Of a stretch of 24,823 bases of DNA, positions 16,758 through 24,045 are shown one piece after another (positions within the stretch are counted from its first letter, which is position 1; every line of letters starts with the position of its first letter). Origin of the DNA: Candidatus Omnitrophota bacterium (lineage in GTDB: Bacteria > Omnitrophota > Gorgyraeia > Zapsychrales > Zapsychraceae); NCBI GenBank assembly GCA_015233405.1, contig JADFXT010000022.1:1-24823 (forward strand). Reading direction: 5' to 3'. Under the pieces are notes generated by a model, which saw nothing but the letters and a program-made list of their open reading frames with translations, was not told where the DNA came from and did no database searches. The translations under genes were made by a program, and so were the position numbers.

Positions 16758-18212
16758 ATGTTTAAATGTATCTTTAGAAAAGACCATATTTACAAATGTT
16801 TGTTAAACGGAGAGTGGGTCGAGTCTAAATCCGGGAAGACGAACAAGATTTTTTCTCCGGCGGACGGCTCTTTCTTAGGCGAACTTCAGGCTATGGGCCT
16901 TGAGGAGGCAGACCGGTTTATTTTGACTGCCAAGGCGGCGCAAAAATCATGGGGAGATACTGCCGTTAATGAGCGCGCTCAAATCCTTCATAAGGCCGCT
17001 GAAATCCTCGACAAACAAAAGGACATCATCGCCAATGTGATCGTCAAAGAGATCGCCAAGAACAAGAAGACAGCCTTGTCTGAGGTCGAGCGAAGCGTAG
17101 ATTATATCCATTTTACCGCCGAGGAAGGAATGAGGGTTTCCGGCGAGAACTTATCATCCGATGTTTTTCCGGGATTTAATAATAAAAAGTTGTCCATTAT
17201 CAGCCGCGTTCCGTTAGGGGTCGTTTTGGCGGTCTCACCTTTTAATTATCCGGTCAATCTTTCGGCATCAAAAATCGCGCCCGCTTTAATCGCCGGCAAT
17301 GCGGTCGTTTTTAAGCCGCCGACCCAAGGAGCTATTAGCGCGTTATATCTGGCGCGTGTTTTTTGTGAGGCTGGAATCCCGGCGGGCGTTTTAAATGTTA
17401 TTACCGGCCAGGGACGGGAAATCGGCGATTATTTGGTCAAACATCCAGATATTAATATGGTCAATTTTACCGGCAGTAGCTCCGTCGGCCGGCATATTGC
17501 AGAAATTGCTGGAATGAAGCCGTTACTCTTAGAGCTAGGCGGCAAGGACGCGGCCATTGTCCTTGAGGATGCAGACATTTCTTTTGCAGCAAAGAATATC
17601 GTTTCCGGTGCGTATTCTTATTCCGGCCAAAGATGCACCGCCGTTAAGCGCATTTTGGTTCTTGAGTCTATCGCGGACAATCTGGTCGACGAAATGCTTC
17701 CATTGGTGAAAAAATTAAGCGTTGGGAATCCGGCGGACGATGCGGACATTACTCCGCTTATCTCTGATGCGGCTGCGGATTTCGTCCAAGGGATCATAGA
17801 TGATGCCAGACAAAAAGGGGCGAAGCTTTTGTTCGGCGATCAAAGAGAGAAGAATCTAATCTATCCAACCTTGTTTGACCATGTGACTGTTGATATGCGC
17901 TTGGCGTGGGAAGAACCGTTTGGCCCGGTCTTACCGATCATCCGTGTGAAGTCTATTGAGGAAGCCATTGATATTTCCAATCGTTCGGAATACGGGTTAC
18001 AGGCTTGCATTTTTACGCAGGACATTGACAACGCTTTTGACATTGCTTCGAAGCTCGACGTCGGAACGGTTCAGATCAATAATAAATCAGAACGTGGGCC
18101 GGACCATTTTCCGTTTGGCGGAGTCAAGAGCTCCGGCTTAGGCACGCAAGGCATTCGTTATTCTATCGAGGCGATGTCACGGTCCAAGGCGGTTGTAATT
18201 AATTTTAAGTGA
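16758..18212 (+). CDS. gapN: NADP-dependent non-phosphorylating glyceraldehyde-3-phosphate dehydrogenase (ALDH superfamily)
   Basis: FNYPVNLSASKIAPALIAGNAVVFKPPTQGAIS, MKPLLLELGGKDAAIVLEDADI and YSGQRCTAVKRILVLES match the GapN family very closely (catalytic Cys in GQRCTA, Glu in ELGGKD). Confidence 0.85.
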   Translation: MFKCIFRKDHIYKCLLNGEWVESKSGKTNKIFSPADGSFLGELQAMGLEEADRFILTAKAAQKSWGDTAVNERAQILHKAAEILDKQKDIIANVIVKEIAKNKKTALSEVERSVDYIHFTAEEGMRVSGENLSSDVFPGFNNKKLSIISRVPLGVVLAVSPFNYPVNLSASKIAPALIAGNAVVFKPPTQGAISALYLARVFCEAGIPAGVLNVITGQGREIGDYLVKHPDINMVNFTGSSSVGRHIAEIAGMKPLLLELGGKDAAIVLEDADISFAAKNIVSGAYSYSGQRCTAVKRILVLESIADNLVDEMLPLVKKLSVGNPADDADITPLISDAAADFVQGIIDDARQKGAKLLFGDQREKNLIYPTLFDHVTVDMRLAWEEPFGPVLPIIRVKSIEEAIDISNRSEYGLQACIFTQDIDNAFDIASKLDVGTVQINNKSERGPDHFPFGGVKSSGLGTQGIRYSIEAMSRSKAVVINFK

Positions 18213-18232
18213 CAAGATTTTTCTAAAAGAGG

Positions 18233-18260
18233 TTGATTTGCTTTCTCGGTCCACTATAAT
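18233..18260 (+). promoter_or_regulatory. Sigma70-like promoter for tex: TTGATT -35, 16-nt spacer, TATAAT -10
   Basis: TTGATT at 18233-18238 and TATAAT at 18255-18260, about 70 nt upstream of the tex ATG. Confidence 0.4.
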
Positions 18261-18331
18261 CTCACCGAAAGTAAAAATTCTAGTATTTATCAGGCAAATC
18301 ATTATCATCCGCACAAGGATCCATTTACAAA

Positions 18332-20467
18332 ATGACCATCAATTACAGTGATAAGATCGCCAAGGAATTAAACTTACTTGGCGCCCAGGTTTCTTCGACG
18401 ATCAGCCTGCTTGAAGAAGGCGGGACCGTGCCTTTTATTTCCCGTTACCGTAAAGAAGCGACGGGAAACCTAAATGAAGTTTCCATTACAAGTATTCGCG
18501 ATCGTTTAAAGCAGCTTCAAGAACTTGATAAGCGGCGCGAGGCGATCCTTACGAGCATCCAGGAGCAAGGCAAACTCACCGACGAGCTTAAAGGTAAAAT
18601 TCTTAAGGCCGAAACAATGGCGGTGTTGGAAGATATCTATTTGCCTTACCGGCCTAAACGTCGGACGCGCGCGACCGTTGCCAAGGAAAAGGGACTAGAG
18701 CCTTTGGCGCAAAAGATTTTTGAGCAGACGGGCATCGATGTAGAAAAAGAGGCAAAGGCTTACGTTGACTCGGAGAAGAAGGTCTCTTCCGTCGAGGAAG
18801 CCTTAGCCGGCGCCAGGGACATTATCGCTGAGTGGATCAATGAAAGTCAGGATGCGCGCGCTAAGCTGCGCTTGCTCTTCGAGAAACAGGCGGTCATCTA
18901 TTCTAAGGTGCTTAAAGGCAAAGACGTCGACGGTATTAAATATAAGGATTATTTTGATTGGCACGAACAGGCATCTTCCGCACCGTCGCATCGGATCTTG
19001 GCCGTGCGCCGAGGAGAAAAAGAAGGCTTTTTAAGTGTGGCCGTTTATCCGACGGAAGATGATGCTTTGCGTATTTTAGCGGAGATGTTTATTAAGGGTA
19101 AGAAAGAGGATTCCCGTCAAGTCGCTTTGGCCGCAGATGATAGTTATAAGCGTTTGTTGTCCTTGTCTTTGGAGACAGAGCTTGCCGTCCAGCTTAAGAA
19201 GCGTGCGGACAAGGAAGCGATTGAGATTTTTAAAAGTAATTTGCGTCAACTTTTGATGGCGCCGCCTTTGGGTCAGAAAAATATCCTCGCCGTTGACCCA
19301 GGCTTACGAACGGGGTGTAAGGTCGTGTGCCTGGATAAGCAGGGCAAGCTTTTGATCAACCAGACAGCGTATCTCGTCGGGTCTGACCGGCAAAAAGAGG
19401 AAGCCGCGGATTGTATTAAAACGCTTTGTAAAAAATATGAGATCGAGATCATTGCCATTGGAAACGGCACGGCCAGCCGTGAGACAGAAAGTTTTGTTAA
19501 AAGTTTGGGGCTTTCTAAAAATATCCACGTCATCGTCGTCAGTGAAAGCGGCGCGTCCGTTTATTCCGCATCCGACGTGGCCCGCGAAGAATTTCCAGAT
19601 TATGATGTCACCGTGCGCGGAGCGGTTTCTATCGGCCGGCGTTTGATGGACCCGTTGGCCGAACTCGTGAAAATAGACCCCAAGGCCATTGGGGTGGGGC
19701 AATATCAGCATGACGTAGACCAGACGTTGTTAAAGGACAGCCTCGACGATGTAGTTATTAGCTGTGTTAATCAAGTCGGTGTGGAGATCAATACCGCCAG
19801 CAAACAGCTTTTGACCTATGTTTCCGGCTTAGGTCCGTCGCGCGCCAAGGCGATCGTAGAATATCGTAATCAGAATGGACCATTTTCCTCGAGAAAAGAA
19901 TTTACCAAGGTCCCCGGTTTAGGGCCAAAGGCCATTGAGCAGGCGGCCGGGTTTTTGCGTATCAAAGATGGGAAGAATCCTTTGGACGCGAGCGCCGTCC
20001 ATCCCGAGACCTATGAGATCGTCGAGCGGATGGCCAAAGACCTGGGGATTTCGGTCGATAAATTAATTAATAGCGACGCATTGGTCAATAAAATTGACCT
20101 CAATAAATATGTGACGGCGACGATCGGCTTGCCGACGCTTATGGATATTAAAAAAGAACTCGTCAAGCCTGGCCGCGACCCGCGGCAACCGTTCGAACTG
20201 TTTAGTTTTAAGGATGGGATCGAAAAACTCGAGGATTTGAAAGAAGGGATGAAGCTTCCGGGGGTCGTCACTAACATCACTGCCTTTGGTGTTTTCGTCG
20301 ATATTGGCGTTCATAACGACGGGTTGGTGCATATCAGCGAGCTTTCCAAACGGTTTGTCAAAAACCCTCACGATATCGTCAAGGTCCATCAGAAAGTTCA
20401 GGTGACGGTATTATCCATCGACTTACAACGCAAACGCATTGCACTTAGCACAAAAGACAGCCTATAA
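18332..20467 (+). CDS. tex: Transcription accessory protein Tex (YqgF/RuvC-like, HhH and S1 domains)
   Basis: 711 aa. N-terminal HTH/Tex region, YqgF-like nuclease fold (ILAVDPGLRTGCKVV), HhH motifs (GLGPSRAKAIVEYR, VPGLGPKAIEQAAGF), and C-terminal S1 domain (GMKLPGVVTNITAFGVFVDIGVHNDGLVHISEL). Confidence 0.85.
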   Translation: MTINYSDKIAKELNLLGAQVSSTISLLEEGGTVPFISRYRKEATGNLNEVSITSIRDRLKQLQELDKRREAILTSIQEQGKLTDELKGKILKAETMAVLEDIYLPYRPKRRTRATVAKEKGLEPLAQKIFEQTGIDVEKEAKAYVDSEKKVSSVEEALAGARDIIAEWINESQDARAKLRLLFEKQAVIYSKVLKGKDVDGIKYKDYFDWHEQASSAPSHRILAVRRGEKEGFLSVAVYPTEDDALRILAEMFIKGKKEDSRQVALAADDSYKRLLSLSLETELAVQLKKRADKEAIEIFKSNLRQLLMAPPLGQKNILAVDPGLRTGCKVVCLDKQGKLLINQTAYLVGSDRQKEEAADCIKTLCKKYEIEIIAIGNGTASRETESFVKSLGLSKNIHVIVVSESGASVYSASDVAREEFPDYDVTVRGAVSIGRRLMDPLAELVKIDPKAIGVGQYQHDVDQTLLKDSLDDVVISCVNQVGVEINTASKQLLTYVSGLGPSRAKAIVEYRNQNGPFSSRKEFTKVPGLGPKAIEQAAGFLRIKDGKNPLDASAVHPETYEIVERMAKDLGISVDKLINSDALVNKIDLNKYVTATIGLPTLMDIKKELVKPGRDPRQPFELFSFKDGIEKLEDLKEGMKLPGVVTNITAFGVFVDIGVHNDGLVHISELSKRFVKNPHDIVKVHQKVQVTVLSIDLQRKRIALSTKDSL

Positions 20468-20478
20468 TCCTTGTTTTT

Positions 20479-20503
20479 TGTCATTCCCGCGAAAGCGGGA
20501 ATC
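20479..20503. repeat. Left terminal hairpin repeat of the GIY-YIG mini-element: TGTCA-TTCCCGC-GAAA-GCGGGAA-TC
   Basis: 8-bp stem, GAAA loop, preceded by TGTCA. Sits between the tex stop and the GIY-YIG RBS (TAGGAG). Confidence 0.6.
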
Positions 20504-20515
20504 TAGGAGCCTTAA

Positions 20516-20800
20516 ATGTCTTATTATGTTTACATTTTAGCCAGCCAGCGGAATGGAACATTGTACATTGGTGTAACAAAGGATTTATTAAGGCGGGTTT
20601 ATGAGCATAAGAATAATCTTGTTAAAGGTTTTACTGAAAAATACCGCATTAATTTGTTAGTTTATTTTGAAAAGTTGGATAATGTAGGAGAGGCAATAAC
20701 AAGAGAGAAACAAATCAAAAAATGGAACCGTGATTGGAAGATTGAAATGATTGAGAAAAACAATCCTCAGTGGAAAGATTTATATGAGGATTTGGTTTAA
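20516..20800 (+). CDS. Small stand-alone GIY-YIG (URI-domain, COG2827-type) nuclease
   Basis: 94 aa. YYVYILAS…GTLYIGVT…L..R..EH…E…REKQIKKWNR is the canonical GIY-YIG catalytic module with nothing else attached. Confidence 0.8.
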   Translation: MSYYVYILASQRNGTLYIGVTKDLLRRVYEHKNNLVKGFTEKYRINLLVYFEKLDNVGEAITREKQIKKWNRDWKIEMIEKNNPQWKDLYEDLV

Positions 20801-20807
20801 ATAACTG

Positions 20808-20832
20808 GATCCCCGCTTTCGCGGGGATGACA
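20808..20832. repeat. Right terminal hairpin repeat, inverted relative to the left copy: GA-TCCCCGC-TTTC-GCGGGGA-TGACA
   Basis: It is the reverse complement of the left copy except for two positions (T/C and A/G) that change in a base-pair-compensating way (ATTCCCGC/GCGGGAAT versus ATCCCCGC/GCGGGGAT). A half-copy GGGAATGACA follows at 20846-20855. Confidence 0.6.
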
Positions 20833-20968
20833 GTGAAGCTGGATGGGAATGACAAGAAAAATAGAATAAGGCCCTTTTAATCAGTTATTGTATTGACAAT
20901 GAAATTCAGACCAGCTAACATAAAAATTGTTTCATTTGTTTGTCATTCGCAATCATATATTACATCAT

Positions 20969-21046
20969 TGTCATCCCCGAATGTCTTAGTCGGGGAACCA
21001 TAGGGTTTTAATATGGATTCCCGATAAAAGATTTCGGGAATGACAG
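20969..21046. repeat. Two further copies of the same hairpin-repeat family in the dnaX upstream region
   Basis: TGTCAT-TCCCCGA-atgtcttag-TCGGGGA (20969-20996) and ATTCCCGA-taaaagat-TCGGGAAT-GACAGTGAG (21017-21050). They share the TCCCG/CGGGA stem and the flanking (A)TGACA(GTGA) with the terminal repeats. A half-copy TTGTCATTCGC sits at 20940-20950. Confidence 0.5.
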
Positions 21047-21092
21047 TGAGATGGAATGTTGTTGACAGTTGTATCAAGGGAAATTCAATATT

Positions 21093-22739
21093 ATGTCTTA
21101 TTTAGTCTTAGCGCGTAAATATCGCCCTCAAACCTTTGCCGATGTTATCGGTCAGGACCATATTACCGAGATTTTAAAGAAAGCCGTCGAGTCGAACCGG
21201 GTGGCACACGCCTATCTTTTCTGCGGGCCGAGAGGGATAGGAAAGACTTCTTGTGCGCGCATTTTGGCCAAGTCTTTAAATTGTGAAAATGGCCCGACGA
21301 ACAATCCTTGCGGCAAATGCCCGGCGTGCTTGGAAATCGCTAAAGGGACGAGCTTTGATGTCTTAGAGATCGATGGAGCGTCGAACCGCGGTATTGATGA
21401 GATCCGTTCGTTAAGGGAAAATGTTAAGTTCGCCCCCAGTTACGGTCGGTATAAAATTTATATTATTGATGAAGTCCATCAGATTACGACGGACGCGTTT
21501 AATGCGCTTTTAAAGACGCTCGAAGAGCCGCCGGAGCACGTCAAATTTATTTTTGCCACGACCTCGCCGCAAAAAGTGCCATCGACCATTATCTCGCGCT
21601 GCCAGCGGTTTGATTTTAAGTCGATTGCGATAAAAACCATCGTCGAGATGCTGGCGTCTGTGTGCAAGGAAGAAAAATTGACCATTGACCAGGAAGCCCT
21701 TTATGCCGTCGCTAAAGCCGCGCAGGGGAGTTTCCGTGATGCGTTAAGTGTTCTTGATCAATTAAGCGCTTTAAGTGATGAAGGGATCAAGGCCGACGAT
21801 GTCTATTCCATGCTCGGGCTTGTGGAAACAGACTTGATCTTTAATCTCGTCGATGCGCTGGGAGATAAAAATTGCCAGAAGGCGCTTGAGATCTTAGAGG
21901 AGATTATCACCAAAGGTAAAGACGTCCGCCAACTTGCAAAGAATTTAAACGAGCATCTTCGAAATTTGATGGTCATTAAAATCGGCGGAAAGTCTTTGGG
22001 AAAATTGGTCGACTATCCTATTGTTATTAAAGACATGTTTCTGGCGCAATGTGATAAGTTTACGTTAAAGGAAATCATCAACGCTATCGATACTCTGACC
22101 GAGGCGCAGGAATCTGCTCGTATCACGGAATCGATTCGCATGTCTCTAGAAGTCGCTTTTGCGAAATTGACCTATCAAGGGGAAACTAAAGCGCCGGCGC
22201 CGAAATTGCAGAAGCCTGAACCGGCCATTCAGATCGCTTCCGTCAAGAAGCCAATGCCTTCAGCGGGGATATTGTCGAACAATAAAGGCGAGGTGGATAT
22301 TTCTGGACGGAAAAAAGAGGTCGTGCTCGATGTTGTTGAGGAAAAAATAGAGGTCAGCGAAGAGGGTTTTTCCGGCGAAGAAACGGGGACGCTTGATTTT
22401 GACAGAATAAAACGCATGTGGGATTCTTTGACTTATGCGGTGAGCCGGAAACGAATGTCCGTCTCGACCTATTTGCAGGAGGGCAGCCCGCAAGCATTTA
22501 AAGATTTGAAACTGACAGTGATTTTTCCGCCGCATTGCCGGTTCCAGAAAGAGGCCTTGGAAGATTCTCAAAATGTCCAGATCGTTGAAGATGTTCTTTA
22601 TGAAAAATTAAAAGCAAAAGTGAGAATTGCCTATGAATTGTCTGAAGATTTTAAGTCTCCGACGGCAGAAGAGCCGGAAGTCAAAGAAATTTTAGATACT
22701 TTTAAAGGAAAAATAACAAATAAGTGGCATAATGAATAA
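21093..22739 (+). CDS. dnaX: DNA polymerase III subunits gamma/tau
   Basis: MSYLVLARKYRPQTFADVIGQ, Walker A GPRGIGKTS, zinc module CGKCPAC, DEVH, SRC-like TTSPQKVPSTIISRCQRF. ATG at 21093 preferred over the TTG at 21069. Confidence 0.9.
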   Translation: MSYLVLARKYRPQTFADVIGQDHITEILKKAVESNRVAHAYLFCGPRGIGKTSCARILAKSLNCENGPTNNPCGKCPACLEIAKGTSFDVLEIDGASNRGIDEIRSLRENVKFAPSYGRYKIYIIDEVHQITTDAFNALLKTLEEPPEHVKFIFATTSPQKVPSTIISRCQRFDFKSIAIKTIVEMLASVCKEEKLTIDQEALYAVAKAAQGSFRDALSVLDQLSALSDEGIKADDVYSMLGLVETDLIFNLVDALGDKNCQKALEILEEIITKGKDVRQLAKNLNEHLRNLMVIKIGGKSLGKLVDYPIVIKDMFLAQCDKFTLKEIINAIDTLTEAQESARITESIRMSLEVAFAKLTYQGETKAPAPKLQKPEPAIQIASVKKPMPSAGILSNNKGEVDISGRKKEVVLDVVEEKIEVSEEGFSGEETGTLDFDRIKRMWDSLTYAVSRKRMSVSTYLQEGSPQAFKDLKLTVIFPPHCRFQKEALEDSQNVQIVEDVLYEKLKAKVRIAYELSEDFKSPTAEEPEVKEILDTFKGKITNKWHNE

Positions 22740-22744
22740 GGCCT

Positions 22745-23347
22745 ATGAGTTATCCTAAATTAATTGAGAATCTTATTGAGCAACTCTGCAAGCTTCCCGG
22801 CGTAGGGCGAAGAAGCGCCGAGCGCATGGTCTTCTGGCTTTTGGATAATCCTCTGGAAGACGCGCGGGCGATTTCCGACGGGATTTTGAAGCTTAAAGAG
22901 CGGCTTATGTTTTGCAAAATTTGCAATAACCTGACCGACACGGACATCTGCGCTGTTTGTAATGATACTTATCGCGATAAAACGTCTTTGTGCGTCGTGG
23001 AAAGTCCAAAAGATTTATTGGCGATCGAACGCACAGGTGCTTTTAAAGGCCGCTACCATGTGCTTTTAGGAACGATCGCGCCCATGGACGGCCGAGGGCC
23101 GGAATCATTAAAAATCCCCGAGCTTTTAGGCCGCATCAGGACCGAAGGCATTCAGGAAATCATTATCGCGACCGATCCTGATAATGAAGGAGAGATGACC
23201 GCGCTTTATTTAATTAAGCAGTTAAGACCGCTAGGCGTGCGTGTGAGCCGTATCGGGTTTGGGCTTCCCATGGGAAGTGCCGTCGAGTATGCGGACGCAT
23301 CCACTTTAAGCATGTCAGTTTCCTCCCGGCGAGAAATTTTGCAATAA
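22745..23347 (+). CDS. recR: Recombination protein RecR
   Basis: 200 aa. HhH N-terminus (LPGVGRRSAERMVFWLL), C4 zinc finger CKICNNLTDTDICAVC, Toprim domain. Directly follows dnaX, which is conserved synteny (ybaB absent). Confidence 0.9.
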   Translation: MSYPKLIENLIEQLCKLPGVGRRSAERMVFWLLDNPLEDARAISDGILKLKERLMFCKICNNLTDTDICAVCNDTYRDKTSLCVVESPKDLLAIERTGAFKGRYHVLLGTIAPMDGRGPESLKIPELLGRIRTEGIQEIIIATDPDNEGEMTALYLIKQLRPLGVRVSRIGFGLPMGSAVEYADASTLSMSVSSRREILQ

Positions 23348-23352
23348 GAAAT

Positions 23353-23380
23353 TTGACTTTTAAATCCTTTTATGTATAAT
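23353..23380 (+). promoter_or_regulatory. Near-consensus sigma70 promoter for the tRNA-Asn/intron transcript: TTGACT -35, 16-nt spacer, TATAAT -10
   Basis: TTGACT at 23353-23358 and TATAAT at 23375-23380, about 40 nt upstream of the tRNA 5' end. Confidence 0.45.
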
Positions 23381-23455
23381 TTTGTAACATCTGTTCTTTG
23401 AAGATATTTATAAAATCTATTCCCCTGTAGCTCAGCTGGTAGAGCAAGTGGCTGT

Positions 23456-24045
23456 TCGCGAGTTCTCGCTAAAGCGGGACGAGCGTCAGGAGTTAAAGGA
23501 GGCATCAACGGGATGGATAAGCGTCATTATAAGGATCGTCGTGAATATCTCATCAAAGCTGTTCATGCACGTCGGAAGAAGGTGCGTGAGATGGCTGTCG
23601 CCTATAAGGGTGGCAAATGTGAGAAATGTGGGTACGATCAATGTATTGATGCTTTAGATTTCCACCATGTTGATCCAGCTCAAAAAGACTTTAACATTTC
23701 TAGCAAAGGATATACGCGTAGCTGGGAAAGGGTTAAGGTCGAGTTGGATAAGTGCAAGATGTTATGCGCTAATTGTCACCGAGAACTTCACGCACAAAGT
23801 TAGCAGCCTCCATTAGGAATAATGGAGTGACAAGCGGGCTAAGTCAGGAAAATCCTAGACGACATCATTGGGACGACCGAAAGGAAGTCCTGAGGTAAGT
23901 TGAAGGACAATCCTGAGCTAGCAGTCGATTCGGCGTAAGCTGAAATTGATAGGCAAGTGCAGAGACTTTACACCCGCCACCCTAAGGTAATCAAATGCCT
24001 GGGTGAAGAGAAAGTCCGACTCTTCAGGTAACTGAAGTCAGATCG
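23456..24045 (+). mobile_element. Group I self-splicing intron (IC3-like core, about 243 nt at 23803..24045) with an ORF-bearing P1 loop
   Basis: The 5' exon ends …GGCUGU and the internal guide GCAGCC (23803-23808) is exactly complementary with a U·G at the splice site. A P2 hairpin CUCCAUUAGGAAUAAUGGAG follows. Core blocks CAAUCCUGAGC, GUGCAGAGACU, CCACCCUAAGG and AGAGAAAGUCC resemble (from memory) the Azoarcus tRNA-Ile and Anabaena tRNA-Leu introns. Terminal G at 24045. Confidence 0.75.
23513..23803 (+). CDS. Intron-encoded HNH homing endonuclease (96 aa)
   Basis: HNH/zinc motifs CEKCG…DFHHVDP…N…CANCH. Strong RBS AAAGGAGG (23495-23502). The stop TAG abuts the intron internal guide sequence. 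Confidence 0.75.
   Translation: MDKRHYKDRREYLIKAVHARRKKVREMAVAYKGGKCEKCGYDQCIDALDFHHVDPAQKDFNISSKGYTRSWERVKVELDKCKMLCANCHRELHAQS

Noticed and set aside
20479-21050. Possible CRISPR array suggested by recurring palindromic repeats
   Set aside because: Repeats are about 25 bp but irregularly spaced (gaps of 305, about 135 and about 20 bp). They occur in both orientations and one gap is a complete gene. No cas genes. This is not a CRISPR.
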